64,000 nucleotides of DNA from Candidatus Marsarchaeota archaeon (GCA_023485545.1 JAMCZI010000005.1:967-64966); one strand, 5' to 3'; shown: positions 27,204 to 37,719, counted from the stretch's first letter. Program-made: numbers and translations. The notes: generated from the sequence alone by a model not told the origin.

Positions 27204-29285
27204 TCACTGGAAGGCCCCGTTTGTTGGGCCTGTCCCGACATCAGTATACGTGTTCAGTACCGTGTAGTTCAGCGCAGATATCATCACGACCTCGTTGGCC
27301 TTCTGGTTTGGCAGGTAAAGGAACGCCCCGTTTGGCGAAATTATTATGCCTGTTGGATCCGGCCCTCCCGGTGCAGAAGCAACAATACTGTCTGATTGCA
27401 GGTCAAGAATGTTGACCCTGTTGCTGCCGCTTCCTACGAGATATATGTACCTGTTGTTAGGCTCAGCCGTAGCGCCTATCGGGCCAAAGCTGGAGGAGAG
27501 GTTGCCTATCACGTATTTGTCAACTATCTTGTTGTAAGTGGTGTTTATGACGGACAAGTAGTCCGGTGCCGTGAATGCGTAAAGGTTCGACATGTTAGGC
27601 GACATCAGAAGCACGGGTGAACTCGATCCCGAAAGCCCCATATCCTGTACTATCGTGTTTGTCGAGGTCGAAAGTATCGCTATTTCGGCGCTGCTGGTAG
27701 CCTGCGGGCCCTGCGTCCCAGCTATATAAACATACTTGCCCCTCGGGCCAACCGCCATCTGGTTATTCACGTTTATCACAGGGAAGTAAGGCAGGCCGGA
27801 AGTGCTCAGCTGCGTTATCGCTCCCGTAGACATGTCGGTCACTATGAGCCCATACCCTCCGAACTGTGTTATCGTCGGCGAATAAGCGTATTTGTAATTA
27901 TCTATGAAACCCTCGCCAAGCGGGTCCTCCCCTGGAAGCGTGACGTTAGAGCTGTGCGTCCCTACTATCACCGATATATTTGCATTGTTGAGCGATGCAT
28001 ACCCTATGCTGTTGTTGAAGAAAAGCATGGTGGCTACCGATCCTGCAGCCACCTGTATCACATTTGTAGAAGTATTGAGCTTCATTATCTCCCCGTCGCT
28101 GGTGAACGGGAAGAGCTCGCCGTTGTTCAACACGTCCGATATGTAAAGGTTGCCGACTGGGAGGTACCTGGCCTTATAATATGCGCGTATCGTAGTATTG
28201 CTGCATGTCGCGAAGTTTCCCGATGCAGCGTCGTATGCCACTCCGCATGAAGTTATATTCTGGAACGCGAAATCCAGGCCTGTAATGTTTGAGGGTATTA
28301 GCTGCACCGCAGAATAGTTTTGGGTGCTTCCATTGACCCATTCGAAAAGAGTTGAAAACAGCCCTGATTCATTGTACTCCTTTCCGTCAATCTGTATCAT
28401 ATCACCAACCAGTCCCCCCACACTTCCAGTTTTGGAGATGAATGTGGGCACTACAATGTAGTTCTGCACTTTGCTGAACCTTATGCTGGTGCTGGCGTTG
28501 ACATCTGAATAGCTTGCCGTTACATTGAAAGTTCCCGGCACTTTGCTGTAAGCATAGTCGGTTGCATATCCATTACTTACGGTTATTGCAGAAGGGTACC
28601 CCAGCTTCGCCCCTGTGCCGTTTATAGTGAAATACACGTTTGCCCCTCTTATTCTGGTGCCGTATACTGACACGCTTGCGCTCAGGCCGTCATGAGTGCC
28701 GTTGTCCGCGACGACTGGCTTTGACGCCATTATGGATACCGAGATGTTATCGCTTTTGAACTTCTGCACTACTGTATCCAATATGGCGGGATAATACTCT
28801 ACGGTTGCGTTCGTGCAGTTCCCCCCTGAAACGTACGCTGCGCTCGTGCCGCAGTATCCTGCAAGAAGGTAGACGTTTGCCTGAAGCCTCTGCCCGACTG
28901 CCAGGCTCTCCTTCTTTGGGAGCGTTACCGTGCATATGAAAGAGCCGCCGGTAGGGATGTATCCGTATGTGCACGTGTTGGATGTGTAATTCGTGTTTTT
29001 AAGGTCAACAAGCACGCGCGGCTGGTAGATCGGATATTGCTGCAGATTTCCTATCACGAATGCTATGGTCGTGCTCCCATTAGCAGTACCCGCCATGAAA
29101 TCCTTGCACGAGACGGATGCCTGGAATGAGCAATAGTTTGGAACAATTGTGTTGGGCAGTACAGTAAAGAAGTAAAACAGCCCAAGCACTATAGTAATTA
29201 TGAGAAGAGCCCAGGTATAAGTGGAAAGATATTCAAATCCTGACTGCGCTTTAATGGCTGTGCTCGCCAATGTCATCCACCCCAA
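27204..29285 (-). CDS. Class III signal peptide surface protein: pilin-like N-terminus, Ig-like domain, YVTN-type beta-propeller
   Basis: KAQSGFEYL plus hydrophobic helix; GANVYFT...SNGYAT...GTFNVTAS Ig-like segment; repeats such as PTGIIISPNGAFLYL, VGTGP. Confidence 0.7.
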   Translation of the reverse strand: MGWMTLASTAIKAQSGFEYLSTYTWALLIITIVLGLFYFFTVLPNTIVPNYCSFQASVSCKDFMAGTANGSTTIAFVIGNLQQYPIYQPRVLVDLKNTNYTSNTCTYGYIPTGGSFICTVTLPKKESLAVGQRLQANVYLLAGYCGTSAAYVSGGNCTNATVEYYPAILDTVVQKFKSDNISVSIMASKPVVADNGTHDGLSASVSVYGTRIRGANVYFTINGTGAKLGYPSAITVSNGYATDYAYSKVPGTFNVTASYSDVNASTSIRFSKVQNYIVVPTFISKTGSVGGLVGDMIQIDGKEYNESGLFSTLFEWVNGSTQNYSAVQLIPSNITGLDFAFQNITSCGVAYDAASGNFATCSNTTIRAYYKARYLPVGNLYISDVLNNGELFPFTSDGEIMKLNTSTNVIQVAAGSVATMLFFNNSIGYASLNNANISVIVGTHSSNVTLPGEDPLGEGFIDNYKYAYSPTITQFGGYGLIVTDMSTGAITQLSTSGLPYFPVINVNNQMAVGPRGKYVYIAGTQGPQATSSAEIAILSTSTNTIVQDMGLSGSSSPVLLMSPNMSNLYAFTAPDYLSVINTTYNKIVDKYVIGNLSSSFGPIGATAEPNNRYIYLVGSGSNRVNILDLQSDSIVASAPGGPDPTGIIISPNGAFLYLPNQKANEVVMISALNYTVLNTYTDVGTGPTNGAFQ

Positions 29286-29309
29286 TTGATATAGCGCCTT
29301 CCAAGATAT

Positions 29310-29891
29310 TTAAGCCTTGGCTGGGCCATTCCACAACTGCCTAAAGTGCTTCTCGAGTTCAGCAATCCTGTCGCCTTCCTTTATTACTTCAATGTGCTCA
29401 ATGTTTTTATGCATGCCGCTGTACGTGAGGTTTGCGCTGCCCACGACGGCAACTCCATCCCCGATGTATACCTTTTCGTGTATCAGCTTGCCCTCCATGA
29501 GCTTGACCCGCCCGGCAGGCTTCGCAGCCTCTGCCTTTATTGCCTGGTATATAAATATAACGAAGAGGATGGTGAAAGCCAGCACGTACAGCCCCAGCCC
29601 GTATATGTATGAAAGCACGACAAGCAGCACCATAACCAAGGATACGCCGAAGAGAGAGTGGCTTCTTCCTGGGTTGCGTTTGCTCAGCGCCAGTACTCCC
29701 TCTGCGTTTTCCTTGACGTTCATAGTTATTATGCGGACATCCCTGTCGCTCCTGGAGTTTCTGAGCATCTCGCCATAGTGCTTGCCTATGTACGGGCTTA
29801 TTATCCAGACTCTCCTGCTGCCCTGTATGAGCGGGTCCACGTACCTGTAGGATTCGCTTCCGCTGTAAGACACAGTTTCCTCTTCTGGCAT
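29310..29891 (-). CDS. Single-HKD phospholipase D/nuclease family protein with internal TM hairpin
   Basis: IISPYI, HEKVYIGD (HxKxxxxD), VGSANLT, NIE. Confidence 0.8.
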   Translation of the reverse strand: MPEEETVSYSGSESYRYVDPLIQGSRRVWIISPYIGKHYGEMLRNSRSDRDVRIITMNVKENAEGVLALSKRNPGRSHSLFGVSLVMVLLVVLSYIYGLGLYVLAFTILFVIFIYQAIKAEAAKPAGRVKLMEGKLIHEKVYIGDGVAVVGSANLTYSGMHKNIEHIEVIKEGDRIAELEKHFRQLWNGPAKA

Positions 29892-29958
29892 CTGATCGGC
29901 TTATTATCCGCTTTAACAAATAAGAATATTACCGGCAAAACGCCACAGCATGGCAGAA

Positions 29959-30180
29959 TCAGGCCTGTACGCTCTTTGCGTGTGCTACGTAAGCCCTCTT
30001 GTTCTTGTACGCCTTCCTCTTCGGCATTGAGCTCCAGCAGTCCTTGCAGATTATGAGCCTTCGCACCTTCGAAGCGCGCTGCGAGCTCTTCATGCAGCTG
30101 TTGCATATCTTTCTGCCGCAGTAGTCGCACTTCTCGTACTTGAAAATCTCACGCTTGCATCTTTCGCATGTAATAGTCAT
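29959..30180 (-). CDS. Small basic Zn-finger protein
   Basis: Four CxxC pairs (CERC, CDYC, CNSC, CKDC). Confidence 0.7.
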   Translation of the reverse strand: MTITCERCKREIFKYEKCDYCGRKICNSCMKSSQRASKVRRLIICKDCWSSMPKRKAYKNKRAYVAHAKSVQA

Positions 30181-30267
30181 AAATGCACCATCCGGAAAAC
30201 CAGAGAACCAGCGAAATCGTTAAAGCTTTAAACTGCCTCTGGTAAACATTCCAGCAGATAGATTATC

Positions 30268-31536
30268 ATGAAAGCATATATAAAAACATATGGCTGCACC
30301 CTTAACCAGGCAGATGGCGACATGATAAGCGCAGTTCTCTCTGCCGGAGGAATATCAGCTGCCGCAAGCGAAGACGATGCGGACATAGTGGTTCTCAACA
30401 CCTGCACCGTAAAGGAGCAGACGCAGACCAGGATAGTGCAGAAGATGCGCGATCTTGACCGTACAAAGAAGCCCATGCTCATAACAGGATGCATGGCAGG
30501 GGCGAACCAGGACATCATACGAAAGCATGCGCCTTCCGCCTCGATAGTGTCAGTACACAACATGTCGCGCATTGCAGAAGCCGCATTGTCAGCTGTCGAT
30601 CGCAAGCCCGTCGAGTACACTAAAAAGCACAGAAGCAACAGGCTCGATATGTTCTCCCCAACTAACGGAGTTGTGGCGCGCATACCAATAAACGATGGAT
30701 GCCTAAGCAGCTGCAGCTTCTGCGAAACGAGGTACGCACGCGGCAGCCTTAACAGTTTTGCAGATAACGTGATACTTAAGGCAGTCGAATCTAGCGTGCG
30801 CCGCGGCGCAAAGGAAATAGATATAACGTCACAGGATACGGGCGCTTACGGCCGGGACAGGGGCACAGGCATAGTCGAGCTAATGCAGCAAATGGCTTCA
30901 ATCGAAGGCGATTTCAAGGTGCGAATCGGAATGATGAATCCTGAGCACCTAAAGGATTCGATAGAAGGTTTTGCAGATGCGCTGTGCCTAGACAAATTCT
31001 ACAGATTCGCACACATCCCCATACAGAGCGGCAGCGACAAAATCCTGGAAGCGATGGGGCGCTCGAAGTGCACAGTTGAAGAGTTTGAAGAATATGTATC
31101 CTGCCTAAGGAAGAGGGTCCCTGGCATAACCATAGAGACAGACGTAATAGTCGGCTTCCCCGGCGAATCCGATGCGGATTTTGAGATGACAATAAATATG
31201 CTCAAAATGGTAAAGCCTGATGTTACAAACATATCAAGGTTCACAAAGAGGCCTCACGCACGCGCGTCAAGGATGCCGCAGGTCGCTACTGCTATAATAA
31301 ATGAGCGCAGTTCGTATGCCACAAAAACTGTGCGCGCTATACAGTCAGAGATCAATTCGCATTTTGTTGGGAAGCGCATGCGAGTATTGATAACTGAGCC
31401 CGGCGTATCTCCGGTAGGGCGCGACCCGTGCTATAGACATGCTGTTGTCACTGCTCGGGGCCTTGATTTAGGCGCTACAATCGAAGCGAGGGTGTATTCC
31501 TCATCTGCGTACAGCATCATATGCGCCCCAGAATAG
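30268..31536 (+). CDS. mtaB: tRNA t6A37 methylthiotransferase (archaeal MtaB/CDKAL1 type, radical SAM)
   Basis: TYGCTLN, NTCTVK, TGCMA (UPF0004); CLSSCSFC; QSGSD; IVGFPGE. Confidence 0.85.
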   Translation: MKAYIKTYGCTLNQADGDMISAVLSAGGISAAASEDDADIVVLNTCTVKEQTQTRIVQKMRDLDRTKKPMLITGCMAGANQDIIRKHAPSASIVSVHNMSRIAEAALSAVDRKPVEYTKKHRSNRLDMFSPTNGVVARIPINDGCLSSCSFCETRYARGSLNSFADNVILKAVESSVRRGAKEIDITSQDTGAYGRDRGTGIVELMQQMASIEGDFKVRIGMMNPEHLKDSIEGFADALCLDKFYRFAHIPIQSGSDKILEAMGRSKCTVEEFEEYVSCLRKRVPGITIETDVIVGFPGESDADFEMTINMLKMVKPDVTNISRFTKRPHARASRMPQVATAIINERSSYATKTVRAIQSEINSHFVGKRMRVLITEPGVSPVGRDPCYRHAVVTARGLDLGATIEARVYSSSAYSIICAPE

Positions 31537-31607
31537 ATTGCATCAGGATACGCTTAGCCTCTCAGTTATATTTTTATAGCTGGGATAAATGTATGAAAGG
31601 TGATTGA

Positions 31608-32810
31608 ATGGCTGACGCAATGGCTTTGATAGACTCATATGCAAACCAAGTGGTTGATACATCAAAGAAAATGATACCTATAAAGGCGATTTCGCCGGAA
31701 AGCGGCGGAAGCGGCGAATCAGCAAGGGCAGACTTTCTCCAGTCCCTCATAGAAAGCTTCGGTGTTGCGGTAAAGCGCTACTCCTACAAGGACGAGAGCG
31801 GAACCGAGAGGCCCAACCTTGTCGCCATGTACGGCAATTCCCCGAGAACCGTATGGGTTATTGCTCATATGGATACCGTCAGCGAGGGGGATCGCAGTCT
31901 TTGGGAATACGAGCCCTTCGAGGCTACTGTAGATGGAGACAGAATATACGGCAGAGGCATAAATGACGACGGTCAGGACGTGATTGCCGGGATATATGCG
32001 CTAAAAGCGCTAAAGGAGAGCGGCGCCAATCTGGCATACTCTTACGGCCTCGCCATAGTGGCAGATGAGGAGCTTGGCAGCAAATACGGGATACAGAAGC
32101 TGATAGCTGAGGGTATATTCAAGAAGGACGACCTTATAATCGTGCCTGATGGCGGTACGGCATCAGGGGACGAGATAGAAGTCGCAGAAAAGGGAATACT
32201 CTGGCTAAAAATATCCGTGAAAGGGAAGCAGGTTCATGCCAGCACTCCAGACAAGGGCGTAAACGCCTACCGCATGGCGATAAGGTTCCTTGCTGAAGCG
32301 GATAGCGCGCTGCATTCCAAATTCACGTCTTCAAACAAGCTGTTCGAGCCAAGTGCTTCGACGTTCGAGATGACTAAGCACGAGAAGAATACGGACAGCG
32401 TCAACATAATACCAGGGTTGGAAGTCAGCTACATGGACTGCAGAGTCCTTCCAGAATACAAGCTTGACGACGTAATCTCCACCGTATCTGAACTCACGAA
32501 AAGGCCCGAATTTTCCGCAGCGGGCATATCCGTCGAGGTATTCAACAGGGAGGATGCTGCACCGCCCACTTCAGCAGATTCGGAGATTGCGGAACTGCTC
32601 AAGCACAGCGTAGAAAGAGTTCTAAGCTGCAATCCGAAGATTGTTGGGGTTGGAGGAGGGACGTGCGCCGCATACTTCAGGCAGAAGGGCATGAATGCCG
32701 TGGTGTGGAGCAAGAAGCCGGATACTGAGCACAGGCCTAATGAGTACGCGCTTGTATCAGACATGCTCGTCGATGCAAAGGTTTTCGCCGACATGTGCTT
32801 GCAGAGGTAA
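31608..32810 (+). CDS. M20 family metallohydrolase (DapE/ArgE-like)
   Basis: AHMDTV, YGRGINDD, ADEE, GKQVHAS, EH. Confidence 0.85.
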   Translation: MADAMALIDSYANQVVDTSKKMIPIKAISPESGGSGESARADFLQSLIESFGVAVKRYSYKDESGTERPNLVAMYGNSPRTVWVIAHMDTVSEGDRSLWEYEPFEATVDGDRIYGRGINDDGQDVIAGIYALKALKESGANLAYSYGLAIVADEELGSKYGIQKLIAEGIFKKDDLIIVPDGGTASGDEIEVAEKGILWLKISVKGKQVHASTPDKGVNAYRMAIRFLAEADSALHSKFTSSNKLFEPSASTFEMTKHEKNTDSVNIIPGLEVSYMDCRVLPEYKLDDVISTVSELTKRPEFSAAGISVEVFNREDAAPPTSADSEIAELLKHSVERVLSCNPKIVGVGGGTCAAYFRQKGMNAVVWSKKPDTEHRPNEYALVSDMLVDAKVFADMCLQR

Positions 32811-32815
32811 AACTG

Positions 32816-34066
32816 ATGGGCCACTCCAATCATCCCAGCTGGATGTACACAATAGTTCCGATAAACGTGATAAGCAGCGGCCTAAGCGTGCTTATACCCC
32901 TTTACATACTTTCGCTGCATGGCGACGTTTTTGATGTGGGAATTGCTGTAGCTCTGTACAACCTGGTTGTAATTCCGTCCTCGCTCATCTGGGGCAAGCT
33001 CGCCGACAGGCTTAGGCGGAATCGCATATTCGTCATAGGATCGACTGCAGCGACAATACCAATACTGCTCATGCTGCTTCTGTTCAGGAGCATAGCTTTC
33101 GCATATCTCGGTTATGCAATATACGCGATAGCAGCTGCCGCATCCGCTCCTGCAATAAACATAATGGTGATGGGGACACGGCGTTCTAGGAAGATGCCGC
33201 AGACGTACAGCAGGTACGGCACATTCACATTGGTCGGGTCCTTGATAGCATACGCCATAGGCGCATTTCTTGACGGAAGCGGGCTTGCATACTATCTCGT
33301 AGCGCTGATAGCATTCAACATTGCAGCTCTAGTAATGTCAATAACGCTAATACACGAACGCAGGAGCAGGCAGTATGCGAAGAATGACCTGAAGTACGTG
33401 AGCAACGCAACACCTGTGCTGAACGCCCTTGCGCCGAAATCCCCCCACTCGCTGATAAGCGCCTCGTTCATGAAAAGGCTGTATTCCTCGTTCAAAACAA
33501 CTGAGAGCAACAGCATATACATATTATTCATCGCAATAGCGCTTTTTGCGCTGGGCTACAACCTGTTCAACACGTCATTCATTCCCTATCTGGAAGTTCA
33601 CGGCCTGACGTACGGCAAGATATTCATGATAAACATAGCGAACAGCCTCGGCCAGATACTGATACTTCTTCTGGTTGCGTTCAAGATAAAGATACGCAAC
33701 ATAAACAGGTACTACACGCTCTCAACAGTATATAGGAGCACAGGCTACGTGCTTTCTGCGCTGGCTATAATACTCCCGGTAAGCGCATTCTTCATAACCA
33801 ATGTTTTCGCATACCTAATAGCCGGGTTTGCTTTCGCGGCATGGAGCATATCGTCCTCCGTAATGCTCTACGAGAAGATACGCGGAGCGAAGCAGGGCTA
33901 CTACATAGGGCTTTGGACCGCCATACTTGGAGGCTCGTCGGTTGCCGGCTCGCTGATATCCGGAGCAATATCCTCTGTATACGGCTACCTTGCCACATTC
34001 ATCCTTGCGGTGATTATCACTGCGGTCTCCGGGCTGGTGTTTGAGAGCAAGATCAAGACTTCTTAG
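32816..34066 (+). CDS. MFS transporter
   Basis: 12 TM; motif A WGKLADRLRR. Confidence 0.85.
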   Translation: MGHSNHPSWMYTIVPINVISSGLSVLIPLYILSLHGDVFDVGIAVALYNLVVIPSSLIWGKLADRLRRNRIFVIGSTAATIPILLMLLLFRSIAFAYLGYAIYAIAAAASAPAINIMVMGTRRSRKMPQTYSRYGTFTLVGSLIAYAIGAFLDGSGLAYYLVALIAFNIAALVMSITLIHERRSRQYAKNDLKYVSNATPVLNALAPKSPHSLISASFMKRLYSSFKTTESNSIYILFIAIALFALGYNLFNTSFIPYLEVHGLTYGKIFMINIANSLGQILILLLVAFKIKIRNINRYYTLSTVYRSTGYVLSALAIILPVSAFFITNVFAYLIAGFAFAAWSISSSVMLYEKIRGAKQGYYIGLWTAILGGSSVAGSLISGAISSVYGYLATFILAVIITAVSGLVFESKIKTS

Positions 34067-34310
34067 CTTTCCCTTCTGTTTGCATGAAGTGCATGGCATA
34101 GCTGCATGCGGGTATTACCTGGAGCCCCTTCTCTTTTGCAAGTTTTGTAGCTTCGACAGTAAGGTCGTGGGCAATTCCCTTTCCTCTCTCCTCTTCCGGG
34201 ACGAATGTCTCGTATATGGTCATGTTGCCCCCTTCTATCTTGTATAAGAGATGCGCCTCGCCATGCTCTGTTTCAACCCAGAACTTACCTTCCTTGTGCA
34301 TTATCTCCAT
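34053..34310 (-). CDS. Small GNAT acetyltransferase (YjdJ-like)
   Basis: ETFVPEEERGKGIA, VIPACSY. Confidence 0.85.
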   Translation of the reverse strand: MEIMHKEGKFWVETEHGEAHLLYKIEGGNMTIYETFVPEEERGKGIAHDLTVEATKLAKEKGLQVIPACSYAMHFMQTEGKAKKS

Positions 34311-34382
34311 AATGTAGCATCCCAATAAAGCAATAAAAAGCCTTACAAAAGCCCTTAATATCTGAAAATACGCAATATCCTA

Positions 34383-34919
34383 ATGGCAAACAGCATCACA
34401 AACTTAAAAGACGCGCACGCTGCAATAGAAAGCAACGTATCAGAACTGCTTAGACTGGCAGAGTCAGACGCAAGGCCGGAGTTTGCGGAGATCAATACCG
34501 TCTTCTCAAACATATACAAAAAGCTACCGGAGTTTTCTGAAATATTCCTAAAAGAATATGGCAAAAAGGCACAGGAGCTAAAGTTGGATCCAGGACTGAA
34601 GGGCCTTTATATAGTCGGCGGAAGGGTGAAGGGCAAACCAATATCAGATGACAGCGACATAGACATATTCATGGTAGTTGAAAACCCTATGGAGTCGATT
34701 GAGTCGCTTAAGTCGATATCGGACCGCAATGGTTCTGATATGAGTACTGCTCATCAGCTTAGGCTTATTGCGATAAAATCACTGAAGGATTCAATCAGTA
34801 TAATCTGCAAAAATCTCGGGATACCAAACAAATTCGATACGCTGAGCTTCGGTTCCGCTTTTCCCAAATCCGATGTGCTCTCATCCAACAAGCACATGCT
34901 CATAGGCATCAGGGAATGA
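34383..34919 (+). CDS. Pol-beta superfamily nucleotidyltransferase domain protein
   Basis: LYIVGGRVKG...DSDIDIFMVV. Confidence 0.65.
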   Translation: MANSITNLKDAHAAIESNVSELLRLAESDARPEFAEINTVFSNIYKKLPEFSEIFLKEYGKKAQELKLDPGLKGLYIVGGRVKGKPISDDSDIDIFMVVENPMESIESLKSISDRNGSDMSTAHQLRLIAIKSLKDSISIICKNLGIPNKFDTLSFGSAFPKSDVLSSNKHMLIGIRE

Positions 34920-35009
34920 AGGTTTGCCCAGCAAACCATCCTAAAGCATACAAGCGCTTAATACCTAATTATGGCTGCAATTAGCGAATAGTTTTAGCAC
35001 AAGTCAGAA

Positions 35010-35081
35010 TGGACTCTGCGGGATTCGCACCCGCGGCCTTTCCGTTGCGAACGGAACGCTCTACTCCTGAGCTAAGAGCCC
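35010..35081 (-). tRNA. tRNA-Ala(CGC), with A18 and G55
   Basis: GGGCTCTTAGCTCAGGAGTAGAGCGTTCCGTTCGCAACGGAAAGGCCGCGGGTGCGAATCCCGCAGAGTCCA; G3:U70 identity pair. Confidence 0.9.
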
Positions 35082-35140
35082 GCATAGAGATTTAGCACCG
35101 CTAATTTATTATTTGTTGTCAAAGGCTTATCTAATAAGGT

Positions 35141-36526
35141 GTGATTTTGTCAGAAACCCGTGACCACAACATATCATCAATACTTTCGCGTGTCCTCTCT
35201 GAGGTAAAGCCGTCGGAGGCTGAGATAGCCCATACAACAGAAAAGGCTAACGAGCTGATGGGAAGGATAAAGGCCATCGCGCCAAAAAGCGTTGAAATAA
35301 TAATGGCAGGGTCGACCGCCAGGGGCACGCAAACGAAGGGCAATTCAGACATAGACATATTCCTCCTATTTCCCAAAGCCGCCGAGGAGAGGCCCATGGA
35401 ATTGAAAGGGCTTGCAATAGCAAAAAAGATCGTGAATAAGTCAAAAGGCGAAAAGTTTGAGATAAAGTATGCGGAGCACCCGTACCTCAAGCTTATCATG
35501 CCTGAAGACGGGATCAGTGCCGACATAGTTCCTGCGTTCAAGATAATCGATTCATCGGAAAGGGTCAGCGCTGTAGACAGGACGCAGCTGCACAACGTTT
35601 TTGTCAATTCCACATTGAGTGCGCAGCAGAAGGACGATGTGCGCCTGTTAAAGAGTTTCATGCGCTTCCACAACGTTTACGGCGCAGAAGCTAGGACGCT
35701 TGGCTTTTCCGGATACCTGTGCGAACTGCTTGTCGCGCACTTCGGATCCTTCCAAAATGTGCTCTCAGCATTTTCATCGATAAAGCTTCCAATGGTTATA
35801 CGCTTTGAGAAAAGCAGCATGTCTGCAGACGAGACTGCAAAGAAATTCAATTCGAAATTTGTTGTGGTGGACCCTACGGACAGCAACCGCAATGTGGCAG
35901 CTGTTGTCTCCGAGGATTCCCTGGCGAGATTCTCCATAGCGTCGCGCAGGTTCCTGTCCAGTCCCTCAATAGAGTACTTTTACGGCGCCAGATATTCCGA
36001 CATAGGCTCCTCTTCCAAGCTTTTAGAGCTGAAGAATGCGCTAGGCACGGAGCTGTATTCCATGTCGTTCTCATTCCCAAAGATAAGCGAGGAGATACTC
36101 TGGCAGCAGTTGTACAAGCTTGACATCTCCATTCGCAAATCGCTATCTGAGCATGGCTTTCCTATAGTTATGGCAGTTGCGGGAATAGAGGGGCGTACTG
36201 GGTCCGTTGGCTATTTTATCAACAAGTCCGTTCTCGGCAGCAGAGCGGTTAGGGGACCAGCAGCATTCATGCCCGATAATTTCGATGCATTTGCCGAGGC
36301 ACACAAGAATTCGCTCTCGTTTTTCATGGATGGCGGATTCGGCATAGCAATAGAGAAAGCAAAGTTCCGCTCACCCAAGGAGCTCCTGGAATTCCTGCTG
36401 AAGGGCGGCGGCATTAAGCTGCCCTCATACATAAAGCAGAAGGGAATCAGAATAAGCGGCGGAAAGGTGCCGGAGCGAAGCGCAAAAATACTGTATGCGA
36501 GCTACGTCCGGATGACATACATATGA
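35141..36526 (+). CDS. cca: CCA-adding enzyme, archaeal class I
   Basis: GSTARGT...SDIDIF, YAEHPY, DIVP, SAVDRT, GFSGYLCELL, DPTDSNRNVAA. Confidence 0.95.
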   Translation: MILSETRDHNISSILSRVLSEVKPSEAEIAHTTEKANELMGRIKAIAPKSVEIIMAGSTARGTQTKGNSDIDIFLLFPKAAEERPMELKGLAIAKKIVNKSKGEKFEIKYAEHPYLKLIMPEDGISADIVPAFKIIDSSERVSAVDRTQLHNVFVNSTLSAQQKDDVRLLKSFMRFHNVYGAEARTLGFSGYLCELLVAHFGSFQNVLSAFSSIKLPMVIRFEKSSMSADETAKKFNSKFVVVDPTDSNRNVAAVVSEDSLARFSIASRRFLSSPSIEYFYGARYSDIGSSSKLLELKNALGTELYSMSFSFPKISEEILWQQLYKLDISIRKSLSEHGFPIVMAVAGIEGRTGSVGYFINKSVLGSRAVRGPAAFMPDNFDAFAEAHKNSLSFFMDGGFGIAIEKAKFRSPKELLEFLLKGGGIKLPSYIKQKGIRISGGKVPERSAKILYASYVRMTYI

Positions 36527-37120
36527 TCACAATCCAAGTTCGGGATGGGACATTACGAACTTTTCAAATTCAACGCCCCTGCTTCTAACATTTGGTCTTG
36601 GCATCTTGCCTAGCTTCCCTTGCTGCGCATGCATCCTGCGCACCAACGCAATGACGCGTTTTTCATCAGTTTTCGAATATACTTCAAAGGTCTTCATTCC
36701 ATTATTCCTCGCAGTCTCGCCGCAGTAATCGGACATTTCTGCCGAAATGTTCTCCCGAATCTTGTCGCGAGGGTAGCCTCTCCTTGCCATCCTGCCATAG
36801 AGTTCTTCAAGGGAAGCCCTAACTACTATCGTGAGATCTGTATCTACTCCAATGTCCTGGAGCATGTGGCCTACGATAATAAGAGTCCCTCCATTATCCG
36901 ATTCTGCATCAAGGAATCGCTTCAGCTTACGCATGTCTGCAACATAAGACCTGTCCTTCCTGTCGTATGAGGTGTGGAATCCTGGTCGCCTGACGATATC
37001 CCCTATCTCTATGACTCTGCTTCCAGTCAGCTCATCTGCGATGATTGCCGCAAGCCTGCTCTTCCCGGAAGATGGGGTTCCTGTTATCCCTATCACTATT
37101 GCGCGGTGCAACCGCATCAC
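36527..37120 (-). CDS. Atypical adenylate kinase (AK6/Fap7 family)
   Basis: ITGTPSSGKS, IVGH, RRGYPRDKIREN. Confidence 0.85.
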   Translation of the reverse strand: MMRLHRAIVIGITGTPSSGKSRLAAIIADELTGSRVIEIGDIVRRPGFHTSYDRKDRSYVADMRKLKRFLDAESDNGGTLIIVGHMLQDIGVDTDLTIVVRASLEELYGRMARRGYPRDKIRENISAEMSDYCGETARNNGMKTFEVYSKTDEKRVIALVRRMHAQQGKLGKMPRPNVRSRGVEFEKFVMSHPELGL

Positions 37121-37719
37121 TTCGAAAGGTAATCGAACGCCGCGTCAAGCAGGGTCTCGAGCTCTTCCCTCGCGTATTCCAGTGAGATGTACTCGCTTGT
37201 TGGTGTGTAAACGGTTACGGAATAAGCCTGTGCTCCGCTGAAGAGCCATGACCCTATGTTGTAATCCTTGTACTTGTACGATTGGTCGAATATCATCGTC
37301 GAGCTGGAGACGAGCTTCTCTATGATAGAAAGCACACCCTGGTCGACCGAATCAATGTATATCTTTGTGTCGTCGTCATCCTTCCTGTCTAGCACTATGG
37401 GCTTGGCAAGGGGCACTTTGTACTGCTTGGACTGCATAGACACGTTTTGTGCAAGCTGCTGAGTTATGGCGGAAGCCTTAGACATCCCGTCTTCTACCCT
37501 CTTCTTCTCCGGACCCATCGATTCGGCGAGCTCGTCCAAGTAGGCATCAACATCCTCCTTGATCTGCTTTATCGAATCGGCAACGCCGCTCTTCGATGCT
37601 ACGGATGATGGATCAGAAAGCAAATCCCTGAGCGATACGCCGTACTTGCTCTTCACCATCCCGTCCATGTTGCTTACTATAACGTCGGTATAATCGCTCC
37701 AAGTATTTTCCATCTGCAC
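37117..37719 (-). CDS. Hypothetical acidic protein
   Basis: 200-aa ORF with GTGA overlap to the kinase gene. Confidence 0.65.
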   Translation of the reverse strand: MQMENTWSDYTDVIVSNMDGMVKSKYGVSLRDLLSDPSSVASKSGVADSIKQIKEDVDAYLDELAESMGPEKKRVEDGMSKASAITQQLAQNVSMQSKQYKVPLAKPIVLDRKDDDDTKIYIDSVDQGVLSIIEKLVSSSTMIFDQSYKYKDYNIGSWLFSGAQAYSVTVYTPTSEYISLEYAREELETLLDAAFDYLSK

